Counted from the stretch's first letter, positions 36,769-46,964 are shown. The stretch: DNA of 64,000 nucleotides from Deltaproteobacteria bacterium (GCA_019306065.1 JAFDMF010000006.1:23519-87518); one strand, 5' to 3'. The notes: generated from the sequence alone by a model not told the origin. Program-made: numbers and translations.

Positions 36769-39413
36769 CTTTTAACGCTCCATTTTTCATAAATATCTTT
36801 TCTTCTGTTAAAGGCTTCTTCTCCGCCTTCCATTATTTTTATAATCTTTTTCTGCATTTCAAAGTTGTCTATGCTTCCTTCCTGTAAATTGATTTTTGAT
36901 TCCGAATAACCGCAGGAAATTATCTTTTCGCTGTCTCCGAGAACCGGAATGTTAGGATTATGAGTGGCAAATATAAACTGCATTTTGCCTTTTAATTCTC
37001 TGATTTTTTTTATAACATCCTTATAAATGGTTTGATTGTCCAAATCATCTTCCGGCTGATCGATTATTAAAATATCCGTCTCTTTTTGAGCAAGCAGAAA
37101 AAGTATTAACGCGGTTGCCCGTTGTCCTAACGAATGATCTTTTAACGGTTTGTTATTATAATTAATTGTAAATAAGGTTTCTACGTTAAAAGTTATTAAC
37201 TCAAAAAGTTTATTTTCAAATATTTCATCAAACTTAACAAACTGATTATTACTCAATATAGTTTGCAATCTGCTTTTATCTCTATATATTTCTATAAAAT
37301 CTTTATATTCTTCCTTAATTTTTTCATAAGAGTAGCCTGTTATGCCGCTTCCTTTAAAAGTTTGCTTTAATTTATCTAAAAACAGATCTCTTCTGCCTTT
37401 ATATTCCAAAGAGATTGAAATGGGATTTTCATAAGAGTTGATACACTTAACCTCGTTTTCTATATTTCTATATCGTTGAAGCCAAAGTTCATTTAATTCG
37501 GATATTTTATCACTTAACGATGTTATATATCCCTCTCTTTTTGCCTCCGATTTTTCAATCTCTTTAAGTTTTAATTTAAAATTCTCTATTCGCGTATTAA
37601 GTTTAAGAAAATTATCGGGATTAATATTAGGTATATTTATCTCTCTTTTTGTTGCGGAAAATTCCTCCGTAAGAGTATCTTTTTTATTTTTTAAACTTTC
37701 TTCCACCGTTTTAAATTCGGTTATAAATTGCTCTATATTTTTATTTGCTTCTATTATATTATTAAACTCCGCTTTAATATTATTAAATATTTTTTCGGCG
37801 GTTTCAAAAACTTCTTTATTATATTCGGAGTTAAAAAAAGCGTCTTGAAAAAACGGTTCATAATTGCCGCATAATTCTTTCAAACTCTTGTCAAAGTCGG
37901 AAAGCCTGTCTAATATTTCATTAATCTTTGTAATATCAGAATTAATGCCGCTTTCTTTTTTAAGCTTATCTTCAATGCCGCTTTCTTTGAATATTTTAAG
38001 TTTTTCTTCCGCATCCTTTATATTCTGTTCTGTTTCTCTTTTTGCTTCGTCAAGCTCCTCAAGTCTTTTTAATTCAATTGTAATATCGTATATTTCTACG
38101 CGTTTTTCTTTGATTCCAACTTCTATACTTTCCAAACGATTTCCTATAAGTTTTTTTACCAAATCCGCTTCAAAATCAATATTTTTATTGGAAAGATCCT
38201 TTTGTCCGAAATATACGGGTTTTTTTAAAACAGTTTCAAGCCCGGCTTCAATTCTACTATTATCCTTATCGTAAATATTCTCTTTTTCACCGTATATTTT
38301 TTCAATTCTATACTCTTTGTTATGCCGGTTTCGGATATAAACAACAATCTTGCCGCCGCTTTTTAATGTATGCTCTATAAGATTATTTTTATAATCTTTA
38401 TCTGCGGCAATATCTTCCAACGAAATTCCAAGAATATAACGCAATACCTCAATAACCGAAGATTTACCGCTTCCTCTTATTCCTATAAAATTATTCAATT
38501 CGGAAGAAAAATCAATCTCTTTATCGTCAAGCAGTCCGCCTTCAAAAGAGATTGATTTAATATAAGAATTGGAAACTTCGGGAGGATTATCTTCTCGGAC
38601 TCGATTTTTTTTATCTTTTAAAGCATATTTAAGGGCTTCAAAATTAAAATCTCCGATTTTAATATAAGTCTTTTTATCATTATCTTTCTGTTTGCCAAAT
38701 GTTCCTATTTCATCTAAATTTTTACAATCCGAGCCTTCCAAATATGCAGGTATTGTTTCTTTATTTGGAAACCATTTTTCTAAATTTATTTTTAGATCAT
38801 AGCTTCTAACTTTTTGAAACCCAAACACATTTTGTTTAAAAAGGTTATCTTTTGCAAAATCTGAAATTCTTCCGCCGTCCAATCCTTTTAAAAAACCGTT
38901 ATTCTTTTCCACATGCGCCATTATAACAAAAGAATCCCGACCCTCTTTTCTATGCTTGTTAAGCTTTTCAAATAAATCCGAAAGATTATATTTACAGAGC
39001 GCATTTGCATTTAAACGATTCGATACCCCTTCAAAAGCGGAAGTTAAAAACTGTCCTATAAAATTTTCATCATTTTTTATCCATGTTTCATAATCAAATG
39101 CTATTAATGTGTGGATTCCATTGCTTCCGTCCTGTACCGAAAGCTCTACTCCGGGTACAAGCCATATATTTTCTTTACCGCCTCTTTTTATTAAAGCTTT
39201 ATATTCCTCTAAATTAAATTTATTATGATTTGCAATCAAACCTATCTTAATATCTTCTTCAACCAATCTGTTTATATATGCTCCGATAAAATCGTTATCA
39301 TTTTCTTCATATATAAACTCTTGATCCGCTTTTGTATGAAGATGAAAATCCGCTTTAAACCATTTGGAACCGTTTTTAAAAAAGTTTTTATCCGAATTCA
39401 TTTTAATATCCAT
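36765..39413 (-). CDS. PHP phosphoesterase + SMC-like ABC ATPase (TrlF/Ppl-like)
   Basis: DFHLHT, NHN, PGVE, AHVE; GIRGSGKS, long coiled coil, SLGQ, IIDQPED, ATHN; start probably 39413 or 39401. Confidence 0.85.
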   Translation of the reverse strand: MDIKMNSDKNFFKNGSKWFKADFHLHTKADQEFIYEENDNDFIGAYINRLVEEDIKIGLIANHNKFNLEEYKALIKRGGKENIWLVPGVELSVQDGSNGIHTLIAFDYETWIKNDENFIGQFLTSAFEGVSNRLNANALCKYNLSDLFEKLNKHRKEGRDSFVIMAHVEKNNGFLKGLDGGRISDFAKDNLFKQNVFGFQKVRSYDLKINLEKWFPNKETIPAYLEGSDCKNLDEIGTFGKQKDNDKKTYIKIGDFNFEALKYALKDKKNRVREDNPPEVSNSYIKSISFEGGLLDDKEIDFSSELNNFIGIRGSGKSSVIEVLRYILGISLEDIAADKDYKNNLIEHTLKSGGKIVVYIRNRHNKEYRIEKIYGEKENIYDKDNSRIEAGLETVLKKPVYFGQKDLSNKNIDFEADLVKKLIGNRLESIEVGIKEKRVEIYDITIELKRLEELDEAKRETEQNIKDAEEKLKIFKESGIEDKLKKESGINSDITKINEILDRLSDFDKSLKELCGNYEPFFQDAFFNSEYNKEVFETAEKIFNNIKAEFNNIIEANKNIEQFITEFKTVEESLKNKKDTLTEEFSATKREINIPNINPDNFLKLNTRIENFKLKLKEIEKSEAKREGYITSLSDKISELNELWLQRYRNIENEVKCINSYENPISISLEYKGRRDLFLDKLKQTFKGSGITGYSYEKIKEEYKDFIEIYRDKSRLQTILSNNQFVKFDEIFENKLFELITFNVETLFTINYNNKPLKDHSLGQRATALILFLLAQKETDILIIDQPEDDLDNQTIYKDVIKKIRELKGKMQFIFATHNPNIPVLGDSEKIISCGYSESKINLQEGSIDNFEMQKKIIKIMEGGEEAFNRRKDIYEKWSVKR

Positions 39414-39544
39414 ACTTTTTAATTTTGAAATTATTACCTTTATAATACATAACCGCAAAAATTAATCCGCTATATTTTATTAGATAAAATTAAATTTATA
39501 TAAACTTCAAGTCAACTCTTAATTAAAAAAGAAAAGAACAGCAA

Positions 39545-39576
39545 GTAAGTTTGATTAAGCGAAGTGAAACCCAACA
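39545..39576 (+). repeat. Family G GTAG-type REP, degenerate
   Basis: gtaagtttgattaagcgaagtgaaacccaaca; related inverted copy at 44038-44067. Confidence 0.5.
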
Positions 39577-39646
39577 TGATTAAAAAGACGCCAAAACTGA
39601 ACAAATTACCATGTATTTCCGCTTTTAAAAAGTTGTGCGGCAAATA

Positions 39647-40906
39647 CTATTCATATCTTAAAGCCTCTATGGGATTAAGCCTCGAAGCTTTTATTGCAGG
39701 AAATAATCCGGCGGATATCCCTACCGCAACAGATACCGCTATGGATAAAAAAACCGAAGAAAAACTTATCATCATGTCTATATTAAAAAACCTGCCGAGC
39801 AATAATGCTATTGTTACTCCGAGAATCAAGCCTATAAAACTTCCGAACAAAGATATTAAAACGGCTTCAAAAAGAAACTGCTGCATAATTGTTTTATCCT
39901 GCGCGCCAAGCGCTTTGCGCAGCCCGATCTCTTTTGTGCGCTCGGTAACCGAAACAAGCATCATATTCATAATTCCTATACTTCCCACCAAAAGCGAAAT
40001 TGCGGCTATTGCGGCTAAAAGTATTGTAAAAAGCCGCGTAGTCTCTTTTACGGTATTTACAAGCTCAGCCATATTTATTAATCTGAAATCGTTCTCCTCC
40101 TGTTTTCTAATGTTATGACGCTCTCGTAAAAGTTGAGTTATTTTATCCGATACATAATCAAGATACTCTTCTTTAGCTACATTTAGTACAATTCGATGAA
40201 CGCTTTTCGGAAGCGTTGCGCCGGAAAATCTTCTTGAAAAGGTTTTAAACGGTATAAAAATATTATCGTCCGGGTTAATAAAAGCTACCGAGCCGCTTTC
40301 CCGAATTACTCCTATTATCGTAAGAGGTATATTTTTAATTCTTATTACTTTGCCTACCGCATTTTCTTCTCCGAACAGTTCGTTACAGACATTTTTTCCT
40401 ATCAACGCGTAAGAAGAGCCGAGTTTTGAATCTTTTTCGGTAAAAAAAGCCCCCTTTTCAATTTTAAAATTCATTACCTCAAAATAAGAAGGCGGAACTC
40501 CGTATATGCCTGCTCCGATATTTTTTTTATTATATACCGCTTGCCCTGCGGTATTATTTGCATAAGAGACTTTTGCAGCTTGAGAAATTACGCTTATAGC
40601 CGCAGCGTCGTCATAAGTAAGAGTTTGAATGTTTCCGGTATTAACTCCTCTGGTATTTGCAAAACCGGGTCTTATCACTAAAAGATTAGAGCCGAGCCCC
40701 GCAAAACGTTCGTTTACTTTTCTTTGAACCCCTTCTCCGAGCGCAACCATATCGACTACCGCCATAACTCCTATAACAATTCCCAATATTGTAAGAAACG
40801 ATCTTAATTTATAAGATTTTAAAGAAATCCATGCTTCCGAAAACATATCTAATATTACGGATATATATATTTTTTTTATTTTATTTTTCTGATAATGTTC
40901 TGTCAT
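39647..40906 (-). CDS. MacB/FtsX-family ABC permease
   Basis: RSFLTILGIVIG, GIMNMMLVSVTERTKEIGLRKALGA, PIEALRYE. Confidence 0.93.
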   Translation of the reverse strand: MTEHYQKNKIKKIYISVILDMFSEAWISLKSYKLRSFLTILGIVIGVMAVVDMVALGEGVQRKVNERFAGLGSNLLVIRPGFANTRGVNTGNIQTLTYDDAAAISVISQAAKVSYANNTAGQAVYNKKNIGAGIYGVPPSYFEVMNFKIEKGAFFTEKDSKLGSSYALIGKNVCNELFGEENAVGKVIRIKNIPLTIIGVIRESGSVAFINPDDNIFIPFKTFSRRFSGATLPKSVHRIVLNVAKEEYLDYVSDKITQLLRERHNIRKQEENDFRLINMAELVNTVKETTRLFTILLAAIAAISLLVGSIGIMNMMLVSVTERTKEIGLRKALGAQDKTIMQQFLFEAVLISLFGSFIGLILGVTIALLLGRFFNIDMMISFSSVFLSIAVSVAVGISAGLFPAIKASRLNPIEALRYE

Positions 40907-40920
40907 ATTAAATGGTTTTT

Positions 40921-41163
40921 TTATCTTGTAGAAGCGTCAAGTATGGTTATTCCCACAAGTTTTTCTCCTCTGTATCTGTGTAAAATACCATCTTGAGACA
41001 TATCGGAATCGGTTGCCTTCTGAGGACGGTCAAAACTTATATAAAGAATATCCGCCTCCTTATCATAGTCAATCCACATTTTGGTAACTGGAAATCTTAA
41101 AAGATGAGGCGTAGCTTTAAAAACTTCCGATAGCATCTCTTTTTTTAATAATTTTTTTTCCAT
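40921..41163 (-). CDS. DUF2283 protein (putative antitoxin)
   Basis: YDKEADILYISF...LVGITILDAS. Confidence 0.85.
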   Translation of the reverse strand: MEKKLLKKEMLSEVFKATPHLLRFPVTKMWIDYDKEADILYISFDRPQKATDSDMSQDGILHRYRGEKLVGITILDASTR

Positions 41164-41453
41164 ATTATTTCCTCATTTTTAAGTTTTATTTTCTTTGTAA
41201 AGTATGCAGTAATAATAAACCCGTCATTTTGAGATTCTTTATAAACTACGGCTAAAAATTTTTCTTTTTTAACTCTTTGCAAAGCAATATAAGCGCCTCC
41301 ATAGCCTTTAATAATATAATCGGCATCCTCTATCGTTTCCAATACGTTATCATAATAGCCTGCCATGTCGTCATGGTTTTCTACGATATGACGCCATCGT
41401 TCGTCTGTAAGCCTAATAGGCGTTTTTTTAACTGAAAAAGCAATATTTTCCAT
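41145..41453 (-). CDS. Putative BECR-fold RNase toxin (DUF4258/PBECR-like)
   Basis: IRLTDERWRHI..H ... VVYK...GFIITAY; overlaps the DUF2283 gene. Confidence 0.7.
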   Translation of the reverse strand: MENIAFSVKKTPIRLTDERWRHIVENHDDMAGYYDNVLETIEDADYIIKGYGGAYIALQRVKKEKFLAVVYKESQNDGFIITAYFTKKIKLKNEEIIWKKNY

Positions 41454-41535
41454 AAGTGATTATCCGTATTCTTAATCCGTTAAACTGCTTATTGACTCTC
41501 TTAAAACGGTAATATAGAAAAATAAACATAATTTA

Positions 41536-41594
41536 CTCATCTGCCAATGGAGGCAGAATGAGCTTGGAAGCCGCTATAATTACTTATGGCGGCT
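41536..41594. other. Two adjacent hairpins (candidate small RNA or attenuator)
   Basis: ctcat-ctgcc/ggcag-a-atgag (41536-41562) and agccgctataa/ttatggcggct (41569-41594). Confidence 0.45.
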
Positions 41595-41629
41595 GCTGTT
41601 ATTTTTAAGGCTGCCTGTTTTTATATTTT

Positions 41630-42322
41630 TTACGACAATTTCTTATCATATTCAATTTTTCCGTCTTTTATATATATGGTTCTATTTGTCATTTCGGCAA
41701 TTTCCGCTTCGTGAGTAATCATAATCACCGTAATATTGGTAGTAGAATTAAGCTCTTGAAAAAGCTTAAGTATTTCAAAACTTGTTTTGCTGTCTAAGTT
41801 TCCGGTAGGCTCGTCCGCAAGAATTATTTCCGGCGATGCGGCAAGCGCTCTTGCTATTGCCACTCTTTGTTTCATTCCGCCGGAAAGCTGGGTAGGAAGA
41901 TATTTTTCATATCCTTTAAGATTTACTTTAGATAAAAATTCAACTGCAATCTCTTCCCGCTCTTTTTTTTTAATTCCTCTATAAACCAGAGGCATGGAAA
42001 CATTATCGATTAAGTTTCGTTTTGCAAGGAGATTAAAACTTTGAAAAACAAATCCTATGGTTTTGTTGCGGATGTATGCAAGCTGATCGGACGTCATTTT
42101 AAATACATCTTTGCCGCTTAAATAATAGCTGCCGCTTGTAGCCGAATCAAGACATCCTATAATATTCATACAGGTAGATTTTCCGGAGCCGGAAGGTCCC
42201 ATTATAGAAAGAAACTCTCCGTATTCTACGAAAAATGAAATATCCTTTAAAACCCTTTCGATTATATCTTCGCCGATTACGTAATTTTTATTAATATTTT
42301 TAAATTCTATTACATTAGCCAT
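41630..42322 (-). CDS. MacB/LolD-type ABC ATP-binding protein
   Basis: [36 protein letters not shown]. Confidence 0.95.
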   Translation of the reverse strand: MANVIEFKNINKNYVIGEDIIERVLKDISFFVEYGEFLSIMGPSGSGKSTCMNIIGCLDSATSGSYYLSGKDVFKMTSDQLAYIRNKTIGFVFQSFNLLAKRNLIDNVSMPLVYRGIKKKEREEIAVEFLSKVNLKGYEKYLPTQLSGGMKQRVAIARALAASPEIILADEPTGNLDSKTSFEILKLFQELNSTTNITVIMITHEAEIAEMTNRTIYIKDGKIEYDKKLS

Positions 42323-42329
42323 ATTTTTT

Positions 42330-42412
42330 CGTCATTTCGAGCAAAGCAAAAAATCCCTTTATTATTTTTATAATCATACTTTTACTATATTTAATAATGG
42401 AGATTCCCTATC
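42330..42412 (-). repeat. Family B half plus family C, inverted, between adaptor and ATPase genes
   Basis: cgtcatttcgagcaaagcaaaaaatccctttattatttttataatcat...taataatggagattccc. Confidence 0.7.
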
Positions 42413-42419
42413 TTTTATT

Positions 42420-43580
42420 TTAAAAAGGTTTTCTCATTCTCGTATCGTTTCTATTCGATTTATTATCGCCTATTTTAATTATATCTTCTATTAAAATATC
42501 CTCTTCTTTTATAGCGTCGCTTATTATTTCGGTTTCGGTTTCATTATAAAGCCCTTTTTCAACCGTTACAGGCTCTATCTCTTTTTTATCCGTTAAACGA
42601 AATATAACGGTTTCGTTCGAAGCGGGCAAAACAGATGCGCCGGAAATATCTTCTATATCCAATTTAACGTTAAAAACAGAATTTCGGACTTTTAAGATAT
42701 TCTTTTTTTCGGCTATTATAATCTTTACAAAAGCGGTCATTCCCGGAAGTATCTTCATATCCGAGTTATCAATCTCTATAATTACGGTATAAATCACCAC
42801 ATTTTGTTCCGTTGCCGGATTTAAGCGTATAAGATTTACTATGCCTGTAAATTCATCCTTTTCAAAAGCGTCAACTGTAAATATAACCTTCTGTCTTTTT
42901 TTTATATATCCTATATCCGCTTCGGATATAGATGCTTCTATCTGCATTTTTGTTAAATCTTCGGCAATCTTAAAAAGTTCCGGCGTTTGAAGCCCTGCCG
43001 CTACGGTTTGTCCTTCGTCAACCTCTCTTGAAATTATAACTCCTGCAACCGGAGACCTTATAATTGTATATCCGATATTAATTTCCGCCTGTTTGTAATT
43101 TGCATAAGCCGATTTATAATCCGCCTCCGCGCTTTTTACCGCGGCTTTGGCTTTATCCAATTCCGCTTCTGCCACATATTCTTTATCAAACAGTTCTCGT
43201 ATTCTTTTTTCTTCTAATGCCGCAAGCTCTTTTTGAACTTTTGCTTTTTTTAAAGCAGCCTCTGCGGATTCTATGCGGGTTTTTAAAAGAGATTTGTCAA
43301 GATCGGCAAGCAGGTCTCCTTTTTTAACCTTATCGTTAAAATCCGCATATATCTTTTCTATGGTTCCGGATACTTGGGTTCCTACTTTTACTACATTTAC
43401 AGGATTAACGGTTCCTGTTGCAATTATCTCTTTTTTAATATCCCCTTTTACCGCCTGCGAGGTAATATATTGGTTTTCGGAGTTGTCTTTTTTTAAAAAA
43501 AAGGTATAAGAGCCGTATCCGAAAGCCAATAATACTATAATTATAATAATTTTTTTAAATAGTTTCATATTTATTTCCAT
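42420..43580 (-). CDS. MacA-like periplasmic adaptor subunit
   Basis: ATGTVNP, VGTQVSG, RSPVAGVII, GQTVAA, EADIG, LPGMTA. Confidence 0.92.
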   Translation of the reverse strand: MEINMKLFKKIIIIIVLLAFGYGSYTFFLKKDNSENQYITSQAVKGDIKKEIIATGTVNPVNVVKVGTQVSGTIEKIYADFNDKVKKGDLLADLDKSLLKTRIESAEAALKKAKVQKELAALEEKRIRELFDKEYVAEAELDKAKAAVKSAEADYKSAYANYKQAEINIGYTIIRSPVAGVIISREVDEGQTVAAGLQTPELFKIAEDLTKMQIEASISEADIGYIKKRQKVIFTVDAFEKDEFTGIVNLIRLNPATEQNVVIYTVIIEIDNSDMKILPGMTAFVKIIIAEKKNILKVRNSVFNVKLDIEDISGASVLPASNETVIFRLTDKKEIEPVTVEKGLYNETETEIISDAIKEEDILIEDIIKIGDNKSNRNDTRMRKPF

Positions 43581-43726
43581 TTTATAAAAAACAATATCCT
43601 ATTTTTATAATATCAATCCTGTTTTTGTATTTTATACCAACTCTTTGCATATTGACAAGCATTTTAAATATCAAAGCTTATTAGGGGAAAGGAAGATAGG
43701 AAACGGTTTTTGATTTTTTTATCTTT

Positions 43727-44030
43727 CTATCTGTTATTTTTAAGGGCTAATAGTTTTTGGATATTTTTTTCAATTATTTCGCCCGAACCTTTTCCGCCTT
43801 TTGTTTTTCTGTTAAGGTCGTTAATTTCTATTGTTCCGTCTGCTGAAATCCATAATATATCAATATTATCAGATAGCCAATTTAATGCTTTATCGTTGAA
43901 ATATCCGTTTGTTTGTAATTCTACTTTTAATTCGCCTATATGTTTTTTTGCATAATTTAATATTTCGGTCATTATAGATAATTCTAAAGTAGGCTCGCCG
44001 GATGCAAAAAAACCGAGATAGTTTGAACCT
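43727..44030 (-). pseudogene. Internal fragment of radical SAM (SPASM/anSME-like) enzyme
   Basis: FFASGEPTL, LQTNGYF, WISADG...NR; no CxxxCxxC; the ORF's apparent N-terminus derives from the REP at 44038-44067. Confidence 0.7.
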
Positions 44031-44037
44031 GTTTGAA

Positions 44038-44067
44038 TGGTGGGTTTCGTTCCTCTACCCGCCATAT
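44038..44067 (-). repeat. Family G REP, degenerate
   Basis: Minus strand atatggcgggtagaggaacgaaacccacca. Confidence 0.5.
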
Positions 44068-44188
44068 GCTCGCTCAACTGTTGAATATGCTTTTTGCTTT
44101 TTATGGAAATACCAATTTTCTACGAATAAGCATTTCTTTTGGTTTGCTTTATGTCCTTAATTTGTTTTCTTATAAATCTTAAGGGCTA

Positions 44189-44725
44189 TTACCACATATC
44201 TGGTTTATTAAATGCTTCTACACAATACGAATTACCAATAATCGGTTCAATTTCATCACTAATCAAGGATTGAGCTAGCCACCCTTCCGGGTATGTTAAT
44301 TTAAAAGGGGCTTTTGCTAAATTTTCAGGAATAAAACTAAATCCAACTTTAGAATAAAAATTAGGATCGCCATAAGTAAACGCCAACTCTACTCCATTTT
44401 CTTTTAAGGCGTTAAGTCCAAAATTAATCAACTTCTGACCTATTCCTTTTCCTTGATAACTTGTGCTTATTGCTACCGGAGATAAAAGAAAAGCATTAAT
44501 CTCTCTTTCAAACGATAACTTAGAAAAAATAATACTACCAATGATTTGCTCATTTTCAGTGGCCACAAAACAATAAAAATCATGGTCATCGGCGCTATTC
44601 ATTAACTCATAGGCTAAGTTTCCTACTGACAAGCCTTCTGATTGCCCTTCTGAATCTGAAAATGTATTAGTGAATAGCTGTTTAATTTCTTCAGTATTGC
44701 TTGGATTATATATTGAAAGTTTCAT
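44189..44725 (-). CDS. GNAT acetyltransferase (YhbS-like)
   Basis: LSPVAI...QGKGIGQKLI, YGDPNFYSKVGF. Confidence 0.9.
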   Translation of the reverse strand: MKLSIYNPSNTEEIKQLFTNTFSDSEGQSEGLSVGNLAYELMNSADDHDFYCFVATENEQIIGSIIFSKLSFEREINAFLLSPVAISTSYQGKGIGQKLINFGLNALKENGVELAFTYGDPNFYSKVGFSFIPENLAKAPFKLTYPEGWLAQSLISDEIEPIIGNSYCVEAFNKPDMW

Positions 44726-45677
44726 TTGTTTTCCTTTTATATTTTTTTATTATTTTAATTGCTTTTAAAATACCTTCCGAATTTATATTTTTTTTCATTT
44801 TGCCGAGCGATTCGGTATTATCCGTTTCAATGCCCAACCCAATTTGTATGTTTCCCGCTTCTTTCATAAGAGATATAATCTCTTCGGTAACGTTAGGCGG
44901 AAAAACCTGACGCCGCCATTTAAGGTTAAGTTTCCTTTTTATTATTTCTTTACATATAGCAGAATAGCCTCTTGGAACTATTGCATTGCAAAATTTTGTT
45001 TCATACAAAGATAAATCTGAAAAAGGAAGAATATCTATATTATTAATTAATTCGGCGGCGGGGTTTACGCGTATGTTATCGAATTTTTTAAACGTAATGC
45101 CTTTTATTTAATATAGTTCCAATTCTTTTTTAGAAAAAAAGTTGCCCAAAATATTTTTTATTATAAATTCCCCTTCGTTTCTTACAATAAAATCAATGTT
45201 ACTGTTTTTTTTAAGAATAAACGAGTCGTTTTTTGCAGGAAAATAGCCTCCCCCAAATATATACGCTTTATTATAAAGTTTTCGGATAATATCCGTAACT
45301 GTATTAGACCATTTTTCGGATATAGTAAGGACGGTCAAACCGTAAAATTTGGATTTATATTTTGATAAGATTTTAACAATATCGGTTTCATTAATCCCTT
45401 TGGCTTGATTTTTTCGTAAAAAATAGTCGGTTAGATGAATATCTATAATTTTTACTTTATATCCGAAACTTTTTAAGTATGAGCTGATTGATAATATTCC
45501 ATAGCTTGCTTCAAAAGGCAGATCGCCTAAAAGTCTGCCGGAGTTTTTTTCCATTTTATACCAATATTCTTTTTCAATGTGCAGGCTTTCGCAATAATCA
45601 ATAAAAGAACTGAATAAAGGCGGTTGGATTAAAACAATATCATATTCGCCGTTAATTTTTTCACCGGAAAGTTTCAT
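44726..45677 (-). pseudogene. B12-binding radical SAM methyltransferase pseudogene
   Basis: ORFs 45108-45698 and 44706-45008 share one frame, split by a single TAA (45110-45108; the readthrough reads IKGITFK...ILPFSDLSLYE); the RGCxxxCxxC segment is missing after PRGYSA; C-terminus lost; TAATG-coupled to azlD. Confidence 0.8.
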
Positions 45678-46000
45678 TATGTTCCGCCTATCAGCCAAAA
45701 CAAAAACATTCCGAAAATAACGGTTAAGCCTAATGATTTTGACTTTAAGGCAAATATAAATACGGGAATTGAAACAAGAAGTTTTTTATTAAAAAAATCT
45801 AATTTTGCAGGACTGCCCGTAGTAAATAACTCTGGAAAAACCAAAGCGCAAAATATCGCTATAGGAACAAAACTTAACCAATCGGTTACCCAATCGGGCA
45901 TTTTTCGTTTTGCAAGCAAAAGAAGAGGCAAACATCGGGGTATGTAAGTAACCAACCCCATACCAAGTATCATGATCAGGATATTTTTATCTATGTTCAT
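45677..46000 (-). CDS. azlD: AzlD-family membrane protein
   Basis: GMGLVTYIPR.LP...L.FVP.AIF.ALV.P. Confidence 0.85.
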   Translation of the reverse strand: MNIDKNILIMILGMGLVTYIPRCLPLLLLAKRKMPDWVTDWLSFVPIAIFCALVFPELFTTGSPAKLDFFNKKLLVSIPVFIFALKSKSLGLTVIFGMFLFWLIGGT

Positions 46001-46714
46001 TTATGCAGCGGTCTTTTTGTTGATTTTTTGTTTAAGAAAATATCCTAAAGCAGCAGCGGTTACCGATGCAATTATTATATAAAAACTGCCTTTAAAATGA
46101 AGGGAAAGAACAACCGCAATTAATCCCGAAGTAATGCCGGTTATAATCTGAATTTTATTTTTAAGGTTAAATACAATTAAACCTATAAACATTGCGGTAA
46201 GAGAATAGCTTATGCCGAAAAAATCGGTAGAAACTTTTAACCCGATAATGCCTCCCGCAACATTGCTGAAAACCCATACGAAATTTGCAATATGATTGAC
46301 GGAAAGGGCTTGATATTTATCCCATTGAGCATTTTCAAATTGATTGAGATTTATGGCAAATGTTTCGTCCGTAATTCCATAGCCGAAAAGTAAAAGAAAT
46401 TTTTTATTTGCATCGCTTAAAAAAACGGATAATGAAGAGCTCATTAAGATATGTCTTAAATTAACAATTAAAGTCGTTGCAATTATCGATAATAAACCGG
46501 CTCCGTTTAAAAGCATAGAAACCGCAATAAATTGCGCGCTTCCCGCAAATACTATAATAGATAAAAGCCCGATTTCCATAGGAGTTAATCCTGCTTTTTG
46601 CGCTAATACTCCGCAGGCAAAACCAAGAGGAAAATATCCTACGCATATTGGCCAGCTTACTTTTAAGCTTTGCCGTAAGCTGATAAAAGATGTTTTTGAA
46701 TTTATCATAAACAA
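46001..46714 (-). CDS. azlC: AzlC-family amino-acid exporter
   Basis: VFAGSAQF, VNLRH, TDETFA. Confidence 0.9.
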   Translation of the reverse strand: MFMINSKTSFISLRQSLKVSWPICVGYFPLGFACGVLAQKAGLTPMEIGLLSIIVFAGSAQFIAVSMLLNGAGLLSIIATTLIVNLRHILMSSSLSVFLSDANKKFLLLFGYGITDETFAINLNQFENAQWDKYQALSVNHIANFVWVFSNVAGGIIGLKVSTDFFGISYSLTAMFIGLIVFNLKNKIQIITGITSGLIAVVLSLHFKGSFYIIIASVTAAALGYFLKQKINKKTAA

Positions 46715-46865
46715 GCCTCTTTTAATAAAGAGATTTCTCCCTTTGCTTGACGGAACGCAAAATAATAAATGGCATGGAATTATAATTGATTGGTTGTGTC
46801 AATAGGAAAATAGATACAAAGGAAGAAAGGGAAGAAGGATGCGGTTTTGCAAGCTATTAATTGCG

Positions 46866-46893
46866 GTAGAGACGTTGCATGCAACGTCTCTAC
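46866..46893. repeat. Family A REP, perfect 28-bp palindrome
   Basis: gtagagacgttgcatgcaacgtctctac. Confidence 0.95.
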
Positions 46894-46921
46894 GATGTTG
46901 TTGTTGCAAAAACTTATTTAA

Positions 46922-46964
46922 AACAAAAAAGGCGGGGGATTTATTACCCCCCGCCCTTTTTGTT
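46922..46964 (-). terminator. Intrinsic terminator after the tolC-like gene
   Basis: aacaaaaaaggcggggg...ccccccgccctttttgtt GC stem flanked by A and T tracts. Confidence 0.8.
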
